The translations under genes and the position numbers were made by a program. From an uncultured Alphaproteobacteria bacterium (GTDB taxonomy: Bacteria > Pseudomonadota > Alphaproteobacteria > Methylaequorales > Methylaequoraceae): a DNA stretch of 64,000 nt. A model generated the notes under the pieces. The model was not told the DNA's origin, did not search any database, and was given only the letters and a program-made list of their open reading frames with translations. Location: contig CABZFH010000002.1 of the NCBI GenBank assembly GCA_902524895.1, positions 74,505 through 138,504 of the forward strand, written 5' to 3'. Below are positions 1-10,487 of this stretch, in pieces (position 1 is the first letter of the stretch; every line of letters begins with the position of its first letter).

Positions 1-746
1 TTTTCTTCATCATCACAAAAATTAGCTTCAACATTGTTTATAAATTTTGTCTTAAATTTATTAAAATTAACATTTTCTAACTCACTTTTCATAATATCAG
101 CGGCTGGTTGCATCAAACTAGAGTGAAAAGGTGCGCTCACGTTTAAATTTATAACTTTAGCACCTAAATCTCTTAATTTACCAGAAATATTTTTAAGCTT
201 TGATTTGTGACCAGAAAGTACAATTTGACCTGGACAGTTATCATTCGCAATATCACAAATCCCTGGGTCGGAATTCTTATTTATAAGTTCCTCAACTGTT
301 TGTATTTTAACACCTAAAACCGCAGTCATTTGAGTTTCTTCATTTTTCACAGCAGTTTGCATTGATTTACCTCTTATTTCTAATAATCTCGAAGCATCTT
401 CTAAGCTTAATACGTTTATCGAACACAATGCAGAGTACTCTCCAAGTGAATGACCAGAAACAATGGAAGCAATTTCATAAAAATTTTTCTTAAGTTCGTA
501 TTCTAAAACTCGAACTAGTGCTATACTAACAGCCATTAGTGCTGGCTGTGTATTGTATGTTTTTGTTAATTGCTCACTGTCTCCGTGAAAAATAATTTTT
601 GATAAATTCCTCTTTAAAATTTCATCTACTGACTGGAAAACTTCTTTTGCAGCTTTATGTTCTAAATATAGATCATATCCCATACCAACTTTTTGTGAAC
701 CTTGGCCAGGGAAAACAAACGCAATTTTTTTTTTTATTACATTCAT
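1..746 (-). CDS. fabD: Malonyl-CoA:ACP transacylase, truncated at the window edge
   Basis: Manual translation from ATG at 746: MNVIKKKIAFVFPGQGSQKVGMG...TQPALMAVS...SGHSLGEYSAL. Has the PGQGSQ and GHSLG motifs. Not in the ORF track because the stop lies outside the window. Confidence 0.95.
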   Translation of the reverse strand, partial: MNVIKKKIAFVFPGQGSQKVGMGYDLYLEHKAAKEVFQSVDEILKRNLSKIIFHGDSEQLTKTYNTQPALMAVSIALVRVLEYELKKNFYEIASIVSGHSLGEYSALCSINVLSLEDASRLLEIRGKSMQTAVKNEETQMTAVLGVKIQTVEELINKNSDPGICDIANDNCPGQIVLSGHKSKLKNISGKLRDLGAKVINLNVSAPFHSSLMQPAADIMKSELENVNFNKFKTKFINNVEANFCDDEE

Positions 747-883
747 AAAATTTATATTATTCATACAATAAAAGATTCTTTTTTTTTTGCAAGATTGATG
801 TTATAAAGACAAACACCTTGCTAATTATAATTAGCTAAATACAGATAACTTAATAATTGTATTTAACCGAAAGGAAATTAAAG

Positions 884-1219
884 ATGAATATTTACGAAAC
901 AGTCTTCGTTTTGAGTAATAATTTAACCAAAAAATCTGCTGAAGAGAAGATTTCTGAATACGAAGATATCATTAAAAAAGATGGTGGAAAAACACTTAAA
1001 AAAGAATATTGGGGAGTTAGAACCCTAGCATATAAAATCAAAAAAAATTTTAAAGGACATTATTTTCTTCTTAATTTAGAGACCTCATTTGATGCTATAT
1101 CAAAAATTGAGAATAAATTAAAAATTGACGAGGATAGCCTGAGATTCATGAATATTAGAATTAAAAAATTTGATAAGGAACCCTCGATGATGTATAAAAC
1201 CTTCAAAGAGGAAAATTAG
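884..1219 (+). CDS. rpsF: 30S ribosomal protein S6
   Basis: YETVFVL...EYWGVRTLAYKIKK...GHY...LRFM. ATG at 884 preferred over TTG at 857. Confidence 0.97.
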   Translation: MNIYETVFVLSNNLTKKSAEEKISEYEDIIKKDGGKTLKKEYWGVRTLAYKIKKNFKGHYFLLNLETSFDAISKIENKLKIDEDSLRFMNIRIKKFDKEPSMMYKTFKEEN

Positions 1220-1229
1220 GAGATAAATA

Positions 1230-1475
1230 ATGGCAATCAAAAATAAGCTTTTCGATAATAATAGATCAGTAATATCGAAAAAATGTCCACTTTCAGGGAA
1301 AAATGCACCAGAAATTGATTATAAAAATTTAGAACTCCTTAAAAGATATACGACTGAAAAAGGAAAAATATTACCAAGTAGAGTCACATCAGTTTCTACA
1401 AAAAAACAAAGACAATTATCTTTAGCAATTAAAAGGGCAAGATTCCTAGCTTTATTACCTTATGTTTCAAATTAA
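1230..1475 (+). CDS. rpsR: 30S ribosomal protein S18
   Basis: [25 protein letters not shown]...[19 protein letters not shown]; SD AGGAGA upstream. Confidence 0.98.
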   Translation: MAIKNKLFDNNRSVISKKCPLSGKNAPEIDYKNLELLKRYTTEKGKILPSRVTSVSTKKQRQLSLAIKRARFLALLPYVSN

Positions 1476-2426
1476 ATGTTGTTATATGAAAAAGAAAAAA
1501 GATATCTCCCACTTTACTGCTCTCTTTTAATCTCGACTGTAACAATTATTTTTTTTAAACTTCCTTCACAATTTTTTTTTTTATTTAGTTTTCTACCTTG
1601 GCTATTGATAGGGCTTTCTACTTCTAATAAAAATACGATTATATCTTATTTAATTTCTCAAATTATAATCATAGCTTTTTTAAATTTTAATAATAATTCT
1701 GAAACTGTAAATGACATAATTATTTTAAATATAGTTTTAATTGGTTTCTTATCTTTTGTAATTACGACATCGTTAAAAACTCAAACAAATGGAAAGTATC
1801 TTAATATCGGAAATATTCTATCAATTTACTTAATTTTGATAACTTTTTTTCTTTTTATCTTTTTAATATTCTTTTATTTACAAATTGATTTTGACCCTAT
1901 TGTCCAAAAAATTCAGGATTTATTCTTAAAAGATATTCAAAAGCAAGATATTGGCTTATATAATAGTCTAATAAGTATTTTAGAATTTTCACTTAAAATA
2001 TTTCCAGCTATTAATTCTATAATTTTTTTTATTATAACGATTATAAATTTAAGTCTTTCAATCAAAATACTAAATAAATTGAATATTAAAGTAAATACTG
2101 AAGTTAATTACTCAATTTTTTTAGTACCAAAATATTGTTTTTACTTAATTTGTCCCCTTTTTTTTCTTGTTATATTTTCATCAGAAAATCAACAGATATT
2201 ATTTATTAATTTGTTAGTTACTTTTTCGACAATTTATGTGGTAAGTGGATACTTAATAATTTATAGAAAAATAAATAAATTAAATATTAATATTTTTATA
2301 AATTTTTTATTATTCTTTTTACTTTTTATTTTTTTCAGCTATCTTTTGTTAATATTTTTATTTTTGGTTGGTTTGATAGACCAGATCAAACTAATTCTTT
2401 ATAAAAATAAGTTTTCAGGAGAATAG
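1476..2426 (+). CDS. Polytopic membrane protein, probably DUF2232/YybS family
   Basis: Many hydrophobic segments; sits between rpsR and rplI, the usual position of this family. Confidence 0.65.
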   Translation: MLLYEKEKRYLPLYCSLLISTVTIIFFKLPSQFFFLFSFLPWLLIGLSTSNKNTIISYLISQIIIIAFLNFNNNSETVNDIIILNIVLIGFLSFVITTSLKTQTNGKYLNIGNILSIYLILITFFLFIFLIFFYLQIDFDPIVQKIQDLFLKDIQKQDIGLYNSLISILEFSLKIFPAINSIIFFIITIINLSLSIKILNKLNIKVNTEVNYSIFLVPKYCFYLICPLFFLVIFSSENQQILFINLLVTFSTIYVVSGYLIIYRKINKLNINIFINFLLFFLLFIFFSYLLLIFLFLVGLIDQIKLILYKNKFSGE

Positions 2427-2428
2427 AT

Positions 2429-3157
2429 ATGGAAATAATACTTTTAGAGAGTTTTGATAAGCTTGGAAAAATTGGTGATGTTGTAAAAGTTAAAGACGGG
2501 TTTGCAAGAAATTACCTACTTCCTCAAAAAAAAGCTCTAAGAGCAAATAAATCTAACAAAGAATACTACGAAAAAATTAAAAAAGACTTAGAAGAAAATA
2601 ATAAGAAATTAGTTGCAGACGCGAACTTATTATCTGAAAAGCTAAAAAAAGTAGATATGATTTTTTTAAGGCAAGCGAGTGAAACAGGTCAATTATACGG
2701 ATCTGTTTCTCCAAAAGATATTTCAAATTTTTTGCATGAAAAAAATATAAATGTTTTGCCTTCAAATATAAATCTGACAACGCCAATAAAAAATATAGGT
2801 ATTTTTGAAATTATAATCAAGTTACATGCCGATGTCATAGTTAACATAACAATTAATGTTGCAACATCTGAGGAAAGAGCACTAGAGCAAAAAAAAGGAA
2901 TGTTTGAAAAAGAAACGGCTTTAGAAAAAGTTAATTCTAAAGATCAATCTATTGAAGATTTAAAATCTCCTCAAAAGAATATTAATAAAGAATCGCAGAG
3001 GAATGAAGCCAAAATAGATGTTAAGTCTAATACCAAAATTACAGTTGATGATGAAAAGGAAATAGAAACAAAAAAAGATGTTAAATCTGATATAAGTGTA
3101 AAAAAAAAAGATGAGGAAGTAGTAAAAGCTAAAATTTTACCTGAAAAAACCAAATAA
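2429..3157 (+). CDS. rplI: 50S ribosomal protein L9 with a long charged C-terminal tail
   Basis: MEIILLE...LGKIGDVVKVKDGFARNYLLPQKKA...GQLYGSV; 242 aa. Confidence 0.97.
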   Translation: MEIILLESFDKLGKIGDVVKVKDGFARNYLLPQKKALRANKSNKEYYEKIKKDLEENNKKLVADANLLSEKLKKVDMIFLRQASETGQLYGSVSPKDISNFLHEKNINVLPSNINLTTPIKNIGIFEIIIKLHADVIVNITINVATSEERALEQKKGMFEKETALEKVNSKDQSIEDLKSPQKNINKESQRNEAKIDVKSNTKITVDDEKEIETKKDVKSDISVKKKDEEVVKAKILPEKTK

Positions 3158-3203
3158 GAAAAATGAAATTAGTTTCAATTTTTTAATTAATATTTATTAG
3201 GAA

Positions 3204-4163
3204 ATGGTTCTTTTAAAATTAGCCATAGGGATTTCACTGGTACTTTATGGAACTAGCCTTTTAATAAATACTGCAACAATTCTTGGGAAAAAGTTCAATA
3301 TCTCAGATTTCATTATTGGTATTGTTGTTATTGGCTTTGGAACTTCTCTTTGTGAACTAGTCGTCTCAATTGATGCAGTTTTGAAAAATGCAACAGAATT
3401 ATCTCTTGGGAACATTATAGGTTCAAACATAGCCAATATTTTTTTAGTTTTAGGTTTTTCAGGTTTAGTGCAAAAAATAGAAATACCTAAAATAAAAAAT
3501 TTTGATATTCTTTTTCATATTATTATAAGTTCTATATTTTTCCTTATCTTTTTATTTTTAAAAATTAATTTTTTAATTGGTATAATTTTTATTGGAACGT
3601 TTTTTTTATATATTTTTAAATCTTTTTATAAATCCGACACTAGTAATGATAATGAAGAAGTAAAATTAGTAAATAAATTATCAACTTTATCGTTTAACCA
3701 TCCTATTAAAATTGGTTTTCCAATTATATTCTTTTCAACAGTTCTAACAATTTATGGAGCTGATATGACAGTTATAAATGCAATTGAAATATCGAAGCAA
3801 CTTGGTATTTCAGAAGCAATAATTGGATTATCAATTGTTGCCGTCGGCACGTCACTTCCAGAAATTGCTGCAGGAATAGCTGCAGCTAAAAGAAAGAAAA
3901 TAGGATTAATTTTCGGAAATATTATTGGTTCAAACCTTTATAATATCTTACTAATTGTAGGAACATCTTCCCTGCTCAATCAATTTGATTATAACAATCA
4001 AAATTTGTTAATTGAAATTTGGTTGATGTTTATAAGTGTAGTTATATTTTCAATAGTCATAAAATATTTTAAAAAAATAGACAAGATGTTTTCAATCCTA
4101 TTATTAATTTTATATTTTATATTTATGTTAGTTCTTTATAGTAAAAATTTAACACCGTTATAA
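3204..4163 (+). CDS. Calcium/sodium antiporter (CaCA, YrbG-like)
   Basis: Two alpha repeats, GFGTSLCE...GNIIGSNIAN and AVGTSLPE...GNIIGSNLYN. Confidence 0.92.
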   Translation: MVLLKLAIGISLVLYGTSLLINTATILGKKFNISDFIIGIVVIGFGTSLCELVVSIDAVLKNATELSLGNIIGSNIANIFLVLGFSGLVQKIEIPKIKNFDILFHIIISSIFFLIFLFLKINFLIGIIFIGTFFLYIFKSFYKSDTSNDNEEVKLVNKLSTLSFNHPIKIGFPIIFFSTVLTIYGADMTVINAIEISKQLGISEAIIGLSIVAVGTSLPEIAAGIAAAKRKKIGLIFGNIIGSNLYNILLIVGTSSLLNQFDYNNQNLLIEIWLMFISVVIFSIVIKYFKKIDKMFSILLLILYFIFMLVLYSKNLTPL

Positions 4164-4174
4164 AGTTGTACCCA

Positions 4175-4183
4175 TTATCCACA
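4175..4183 (+). promoter_or_regulatory. Perfect DnaA box upstream of dnaB
   Basis: TTATCCACA in the 76-bp intergenic gap before dnaB. Confidence 0.55.
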
Positions 4184-4239
4184 TAATTAACATGTAAATT
4201 TATAATGCTAATTTTTTTTTTATGTTGTAATTTGTTAAC

Positions 4240-5724
4240 ATGAGTGATTCAGAAGATACCAGAAAAAAAGTAAATACTATTACTAATCTTCCAATCCAAA
4301 ACGAATTAAGACAAATTCCAACAAATCTAGAAGCTGAAAGGGCTTTGCTAGGTGCAATTCTTACTAACAATAGAGCATACGAACATATTGAAGAAATAGT
4401 CAATGCATCTGACTTTGCTGAACCTCTAAATAAAGAGATTTTTTCTCATACTAAATCACTCATTGACAAAGGTAAAATTGCTGATCTTAACACAATTAGA
4501 CTGTTCCTAGAGAATAATGAAAGATTTAAAGAATTAGGTGGAATTGAATATTTGCTCAAAATTACTGAAGATAGCGTAAGTATTATTAATGCTGCTCACT
4601 ATGGAAAGGTTATTAGCGATTTATCAAAGAGAAGAGAATTAATAATATTTGGAACTGATTTAGTTAATGATTCTTTTCTTCCCAAACCCGATAGAGATGC
4701 TTTGCAAATTATTGAAATGGCTGAACAACAACTTTATGATCTGACAACGGATGGCAAACTTGAAACTGGACCAAAAAACTTTGAAAATCTTATTAACGAA
4801 ACGATGGAATATATTGAAAAAGCTTACCAAAAAGATTCAAGCATAATTGGACTTAAAACCGGATTAAAAGATTTTGATAAGAAAATTAGTGGTCTTCATA
4901 ACTCTGATTTAATTATTCTTGCCGGAAGACCGTCTATGGGAAAAACAGCATTAGCGACAAATATTGCTTACAATATAACGAATACACACGAAAAACAAAA
5001 AATTGATAATCCTGCTTCAAAAGGAAAGGTCTTGTTTTTTTCACTAGAGATGTCATCCGAGCAATTAGTTACAAGATTGCTATCTGAATCTTCAAATATT
5101 TCTTCACAAAAAATAAGATCGGGTGAAATTTCTAAGGTTGAATTTAGTAAAATAGTAAAGTCAAGTGAAAAAATTTCAAATCTATCTATGTTTATTGATG
5201 ATTCTCCAGCTTTAACAATTTCATCAATTAGGACACGAGCTAGAAGAATAAAAAGAAAAGAAGGATTAGATTTAATAATTATAGATTATTTACAGTTAAT
5301 AGAAAGTCAAAATAAAAATGGTAATGATAATAGAGTGAAAGAAGTATCTGATATAACTAGAGGACTGAAAGCCCTAGCTAAGGAACTAAATATTCCAGTT
5401 ATTGCCTTGTCACAATTATCTAGAAAGGTTGAAGATAGAGAGGAAAAAAGACCACAATTAGCAGATCTAAGAGAATCAGGAGCAATTGAGCAAGACGCTG
5501 ATTTAGTAGTTTTTCTTTACAGAGAAGAATATTATCTTGAAAGATCTGAGCCAACTGAAGGTACCGAAAAGCATGCTATGTGGTTAAATAAGATGGATAA
5601 AATACATAATGTAGCCGAGGCAATAATTGCAAAAAATAGGCATGGTCCAGTATCTAAAGTTAAATTACACTTTAATCCATCATCTACAAAGTTTTCTGAT
5701 TTTATTGATAATAATAATTTCTAA
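4240..5724 (+). CDS. dnaB: Replicative DNA helicase
   Basis: AGRPSMGKT Walker A, FSLEM, IIDYLQL, LSQLSR, DLRESGAIEQDAD, KNRHGP. Confidence 0.98.
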   Translation: MSDSEDTRKKVNTITNLPIQNELRQIPTNLEAERALLGAILTNNRAYEHIEEIVNASDFAEPLNKEIFSHTKSLIDKGKIADLNTIRLFLENNERFKELGGIEYLLKITEDSVSIINAAHYGKVISDLSKRRELIIFGTDLVNDSFLPKPDRDALQIIEMAEQQLYDLTTDGKLETGPKNFENLINETMEYIEKAYQKDSSIIGLKTGLKDFDKKISGLHNSDLIILAGRPSMGKTALATNIAYNITNTHEKQKIDNPASKGKVLFFSLEMSSEQLVTRLLSESSNISSQKIRSGEISKVEFSKIVKSSEKISNLSMFIDDSPALTISSIRTRARRIKRKEGLDLIIIDYLQLIESQNKNGNDNRVKEVSDITRGLKALAKELNIPVIALSQLSRKVEDREEKRPQLADLRESGAIEQDADLVVFLYREEYYLERSEPTEGTEKHAMWLNKMDKIHNVAEAIIAKNRHGPVSKVKLHFNPSSTKFSDFIDNNNF

Positions 5725-5740
5725 AATAATATAGACTAAA

Positions 5741-6871
5741 ATGTTTAAGAACTCAGACAAAGAAAACGAATTGGGTAAAATAACCATTGATTTAAATTCA
5801 ATCGAGAAAAATTATAAATTAATTAAAAAAAAGATCGGAAAAGAATGTTCAATTGCGGCAGTTTTAAAAGCGAATGCATATGGTCTTGGAATAAAGGAAA
5901 TTTCTATAAAATTAAAAGAGTTAGGTTGTAAATTTTTCTTTGTTGCCACTTTAAAAGAAGGCATGGAACTTAGGAAAATTTTAAAAAATATAGAAATTTT
6001 TGTATTAAATGGTCCAATTTTTTTTGATGTGAAAATTTACAACTACTTTCTTGATTATAATCTAATACCAATTTTTAACTCTTTAAAAGAACTTAAATTA
6101 TGGATTAGACTAGAATCAAAAAATAAAAAAAAAATTAAAATTGGGTTACATTTTGATACTGGAATGAATAGGTTTGGGATACCTAATGTAGAAATTGATA
6201 AAGTAAAAAAATTATTTGAAAAGAAAACATTAAATTTATTTTGCATAATGAGTCACCTATCTAGTGCAGATGAAAAAAATAAAAAGATAAACCTTCTTCA
6301 AAAAAATCTTTTTAATAAGATTAACTCAGATTATAAAAATGTTCTATTGAGCATAGCTAATTCAAGTGCGATATTTAACCTGAAAGGTTTTAACTTCTCT
6401 TTTGTTAGATCTGGCGGAGCACTTTTTGGTATAAATCCCACTAAAAATAAAAATCCTATGAATAATGTAATTTCTTTGCATGCAAAAGTTTTACAGATAA
6501 AAAATCTTAAAACCGAAAGTAATAAAGTTGTTGGTTACAACTCAACGTATCAGGTAAATGGCGCTTTAAAAATCGCTGTTTTAGGAATTGGTTATGCAGA
6601 TGGTTATCCAAGAAATCTTAGTAATATTGGTTATGCTTCATTTAAAAATTCCAAATTACCAATTGTTGGTACAATCTCAATGGATTACATAACAGTAGAT
6701 TTATCAAGATTAAGAAAAAAAATTAAAGTCGGAGATTGGGTGGAACTAATTGGTAAAAATATAAGTATTCAGGATGTTGCGTTTTTATCTCAAACAATAG
6801 AATACGAAATTCTTAATAATCTTGGAAATAGGTTGCAAAAGTACTATATTGGGAAAAATGAATCTATATAA
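5741..6871 (+). CDS. alr: Alanine racemase
   Basis: AVLKANAYGLG (PLP lysine), DTGMNRFG, GYADGYPR, GTISMD. Confidence 0.96.
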   Translation: MFKNSDKENELGKITIDLNSIEKNYKLIKKKIGKECSIAAVLKANAYGLGIKEISIKLKELGCKFFFVATLKEGMELRKILKNIEIFVLNGPIFFDVKIYNYFLDYNLIPIFNSLKELKLWIRLESKNKKKIKIGLHFDTGMNRFGIPNVEIDKVKKLFEKKTLNLFCIMSHLSSADEKNKKINLLQKNLFNKINSDYKNVLLSIANSSAIFNLKGFNFSFVRSGGALFGINPTKNKNPMNNVISLHAKVLQIKNLKTESNKVVGYNSTYQVNGALKIAVLGIGYADGYPRNLSNIGYASFKNSKLPIVGTISMDYITVDLSRLRKKIKVGDWVELIGKNISIQDVAFLSQTIEYEILNNLGNRLQKYYIGKNESI

Positions 6872-7652
6872 AAATATTTTAATCTTTCTAGGATTAATTG
6901 GAAATTTTTTTTATTCTGTTATGGATTCTTTAGGTTATAAGCTATTTTTTTTTTTTAGCTGCATAAAAAGTTGCGTGACACCAAAATTTTATCCACAATT
7001 ATTACTAAACCAAATTTTTAAAATTGGTTTTAACTCATTACCTGTTGTTGGTCTTACTGCCTTATTTACAGGTATGGTTTTGGCACTGCAATCCTACACT
7101 GGTTTTTCAAGGTTTTCGGCAGAAAGCGCTATTCCAAATGTTGTAGTTTTATCAATTACAAGGGAACTATCTCCGGTTTTGGCTGGCCTTATGGTTGCAG
7201 GACGATCTGGTGCAGCTATTGCTGCTGAAATAGGTACAATGAAAGTCACTGAACAAATAGATGCTTTAAAAACATTATCAACTAACCCATATAACTATCT
7301 AATTGCGCCACGATTAATTGCAAGCGTACTTTCTCTTCCTTTTCTAGTTTTTATGGGGGACATTATTGGAGTTTTTGGTGGATATTCCATTTGCGTTCAC
7401 GTTTTAAACTTTAATCCAAATGTCTATTTGGTTAATACTTTTAACTTTTTACAATTCATGGACGTATTTTCAGGCTTAGTTAAAGCTTCTGTTTTTGGTC
7501 TTATAATTTCTTTTATGGGTTGTTATCATGGTTTTCATGCAAGTGGAGGAGCACAAGGTGTTGGGCTAGCAACAACTTATTCAGTAGTCTCTTCATCTAT
7601 ATTAATTTTATTTTTTAACTATTTAATTACCTCAATCTTTTTTTCATTATGA
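6858..7652 (+). CDS. mlaE: MlaE-family ABC transporter permease
   Basis: RELSPVLAGLMVAGRSGAAIAAEIGTMKVTEQIDAL; ATG at 6858 overlaps the alr stop. Confidence 0.93.
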   Translation: MNLYKNILIFLGLIGNFFYSVMDSLGYKLFFFFSCIKSCVTPKFYPQLLLNQIFKIGFNSLPVVGLTALFTGMVLALQSYTGFSRFSAESAIPNVVVLSITRELSPVLAGLMVAGRSGAAIAAEIGTMKVTEQIDALKTLSTNPYNYLIAPRLIASVLSLPFLVFMGDIIGVFGGYSICVHVLNFNPNVYLVNTFNFLQFMDVFSGLVKASVFGLIISFMGCYHGFHASGGAQGVGLATTYSVVSSSILILFFNYLITSIFFSL

Positions 7653-8365
7653 AACCAGTTGTAAAAATTTCAAATTTAAAAAAAAAATTTAGAAACAAAG
7701 AAATTCTAAACGATGTAAATTTAATGATTTATGAATCTCAGTCCTTGGCAATAATTGGAGAGTCGGGATCGGGCAAATCAGTTCTAACTAAATGTATTTC
7801 AGGACTATTAGATTTTGATTTTGGAAATATAAGATATAAAGATATATACAGTCTTAAAAATTCAAATGAAAAAGTAAAAAATCAACACATTTCTAAATTT
7901 GGAATACTTTTTCAGAATGCTGCATTATTTGATAGTATGAATATTTATCAAAATATTACGTTCGGAAATAAAAAAGCAAATATTTTGAAAATATTAGATG
8001 CGGTGGGTTTAAATAAAGATTGTTTAGATACTTATCCTGCAAACATATCAGCAGGTATGCAAAAAAGAGTAGGATTAGCTAGAGCAATAGTTACTGATCC
8101 AGAAATACTTATCTTAGACGAACCTACAACTGGACTGGATCCAATTATGTCGATCCAAATCAATAAACTCCTCAAGAAGTTGGTTGCGAAACAAAAACTT
8201 ACTACTATTACAATTACTCATGATATGAGTAGTGTATATGAGTATGCGGATAAGGTGGCTTTTATATGTGATGGTAATATAAATTGGTATGGAGATATTC
8301 AGGATTTGAAAAAAACAACAAATATAAAATTAAAAAATTTTATAAATGGAAAAATTGAAGATTAG
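7649..8365 (+). CDS. mlaF: MlaF-family ABC ATPase
   Basis: GESGSGKS, FQNAALFDSM, ISAGMQKRVGLARA, LDEPTTGLDP; coupled to mlaE. Confidence 0.9.
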   Translation: MKPVVKISNLKKKFRNKEILNDVNLMIYESQSLAIIGESGSGKSVLTKCISGLLDFDFGNIRYKDIYSLKNSNEKVKNQHISKFGILFQNAALFDSMNIYQNITFGNKKANILKILDAVGLNKDCLDTYPANISAGMQKRVGLARAIVTDPEILILDEPTTGLDPIMSIQINKLLKKLVAKQKLTTITITHDMSSVYEYADKVAFICDGNINWYGDIQDLKKTTNIKLKNFINGKIED

Positions 8366-8370
8366 GAAAT

Positions 8371-9027
8371 TTGAACTTGGAAAATAATTTAATATTTGAT
8401 GTCTCAATAATTTTTTTTATTATAGTCTCAGCATTATTTTCCTTTTCCAGAGGTTTTTCTCAAGAAGTCTTATCACTTTTTAGTTGGGTCTCCTCATTTT
8501 TTATTTCATTTTTTTGTTCTAAATTTTTGGTTAAATACGTCAACTATTTAATAAATAACTTTTTTATCTCAAAAGTTTCTTCTTACATTTTGGTTTTTAT
8601 TATAAGTCTGTTTATTTTATCGTATTTAACTAGTAAGTTCTCTTATAATGTTAAAAAAAGTTCAGTTGGAACTATAGATAGAAGCTTAGGTTTTTTATTT
8701 GGAATAGCTAGGGGATATATTTTGTTATGCTTGATATTATTTACAATTAGCAATTTCTATTTTGAAAAACTCCCTAAATGGTTAGATGAGTCAAAAATGA
8801 ATTATTTATTGATGTATGGGGCTGCTAAAATAGTATATCTTTTTGATAAAGATAATTATTCAGCAAAAGTTTTAGAGGATAAAATAAAAAGTAAATCTGA
8901 AAAACTTTTTGAAAAAAGTATAGATTCTCATTTAAGAAGAGAACAAAAATCAGATTTTAGAAATGATGGTTATAAAAAATCTGATAGAGAGAATCTAGAT
9001 TATCTGATAGAAAATTCTAATGATTAA
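8371..9027 (+). CDS. cvpA: CvpA (colicin V production) family membrane protein
   Basis: FSRGFSQEVLSL...DRSLGFLFGIARG; directly upstream of purF. Confidence 0.9.
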   Translation: MNLENNLIFDVSIIFFIIVSALFSFSRGFSQEVLSLFSWVSSFFISFFCSKFLVKYVNYLINNFFISKVSSYILVFIISLFILSYLTSKFSYNVKKSSVGTIDRSLGFLFGIARGYILLCLILFTISNFYFEKLPKWLDESKMNYLLMYGAAKIVYLFDKDNYSAKVLEDKIKSKSEKLFEKSIDSHLRREQKSDFRNDGYKKSDRENLDYLIENSND

Positions 9028-10486
9028 ATCTTTTTTAAATACAAAAAAACCCAGAGATGAGTGTGCCGTATTTGGGGTTTTCAATAATAAAGATGCTGCT
9101 GCATTGACCGCCCTGGGACTTCATGCATTACAACATAGAGGACAAGATTCAACAGGAATAGTTAGCTACTGCAAAAATCAATCTAATTTTTTTGGACATC
9201 GGGGTATCGGGCAGGTATCCGAGGTGTTTGGTGATTCAAATATTATTAAAAAATTAGAGGGTATGTCTTCAATAGGGCATAACAGGTATGGTACAACTGG
9301 GGAAACGGCTTTGAAAAATGTTCAACCATTGTTTTCAGAAATTTTAACTGGTGGAGTGGCGATAGCGCACAATGGTAATTTAACTAATACTAATGTTTTA
9401 AAAAAAGAACTAATTAATAATGGATCAATTTTTCAATCTACCTCAGATACAGAGGTTATTTTACATTTAATTTCTACTTCTAAAGGTGATCTTATTGAAA
9501 GATTAGTTTATGCTATACACAGTATTAATGGTGCCTATTCTCTAGTTATGTTAAGTAACGAATGTTTAATAGGATTAAGAGATCCACTTGGCATTCGTCC
9601 TTTGGTAATAGGAAAACTTAAAAATTCTTATATTCTCAGTTCTGAAAGTTGTGGTTTAGATATAATTGGTGCAGAATTAATTCGAGACGTTGAACCAGGA
9701 GAAATAGTAGTTATCAACAATAAAGGATTAAAATCAATCAAGCCATTTGCAAACGCTAAATTAAGACCTTGCTTGTTTGAATACATATATTTTTCTAGGC
9801 CTGACAGTATCCTTGAAGGAAAGAATGTGTACCAAGTAAGAAAAAATATTGGGAAAGAATTAGCTATCGAATCACAGGAAGACAAAATTAAATTTGACAA
9901 AGTAGTACCAATTCCTGATTCAGGAAATGCAGCCGCACTTGGGTTTGCAGAGCATATAAATAAACCTTTTGAGTTTGGCATCATTAGAAACCATTACACC
10001 GGCCGTACATTCATTGAGCCAACAAATACTATTAGACATTTGGGAGTAAAATTAAAACATAACCCAAATTTCGAATCCATTAGAGGATTAAAAATAGCTT
10101 TAATAGATGATTCAATTGTAAGAGGTACAACTTCTGTAAAAATTGTCGAGATGCTTCGAAACTGCGGAGTCAAAGAGATACACATGAGAATTGCTAGTCC
10201 GCCCGTTAAACACCCATGCTACTATGGCATTGATACACCCTCAGAAAAAGAATTGCTTGCATCAAAATATACCGTTGAAGAAATAGCAAAAATAATTGGT
10301 GTAGATTCCCTAAAATTTATTTCTCTTGATGGAGTCTATAGAGCTCTAGGATATAAAGATGGAAGAAACAATCAAAATCCAGAATTTACAGATCATTATT
10401 TTAGCGGTGATTATCCCGTCAAGCTAGTGGATAAAACAATTGGTATAAAACCATCACAATTATCTTTACTAATAGAAACTAAATAA
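9020..10486 (+). CDS. purF: Amidophosphoribosyltransferase
   Basis: ECAVFG (N-terminal nucleophile Cys), LQHRGQD, AHNGNLTN, DDSIVRGTT, YYGID. Confidence 0.98.
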   Translation: MIKSFLNTKKPRDECAVFGVFNNKDAAALTALGLHALQHRGQDSTGIVSYCKNQSNFFGHRGIGQVSEVFGDSNIIKKLEGMSSIGHNRYGTTGETALKNVQPLFSEILTGGVAIAHNGNLTNTNVLKKELINNGSIFQSTSDTEVILHLISTSKGDLIERLVYAIHSINGAYSLVMLSNECLIGLRDPLGIRPLVIGKLKNSYILSSESCGLDIIGAELIRDVEPGEIVVINNKGLKSIKPFANAKLRPCLFEYIYFSRPDSILEGKNVYQVRKNIGKELAIESQEDKIKFDKVVPIPDSGNAAALGFAEHINKPFEFGIIRNHYTGRTFIEPTNTIRHLGVKLKHNPNFESIRGLKIALIDDSIVRGTTSVKIVEMLRNCGVKEIHMRIASPPVKHPCYYGIDTPSEKELLASKYTVEEIAKIIGVDSLKFISLDGVYRALGYKDGRNNQNPEFTDHYFSGDYPVKLVDKTIGIKPSQLSLLIETK

Positions 10487-10487
10487 A

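Noticed and set aside
4164-7000. Possible replication origin near dnaB
   Set aside because: Only one intergenic DnaA box; the second TTATCCACA (6989-6997) is inside mlaE; no box cluster or large AT-rich gap.
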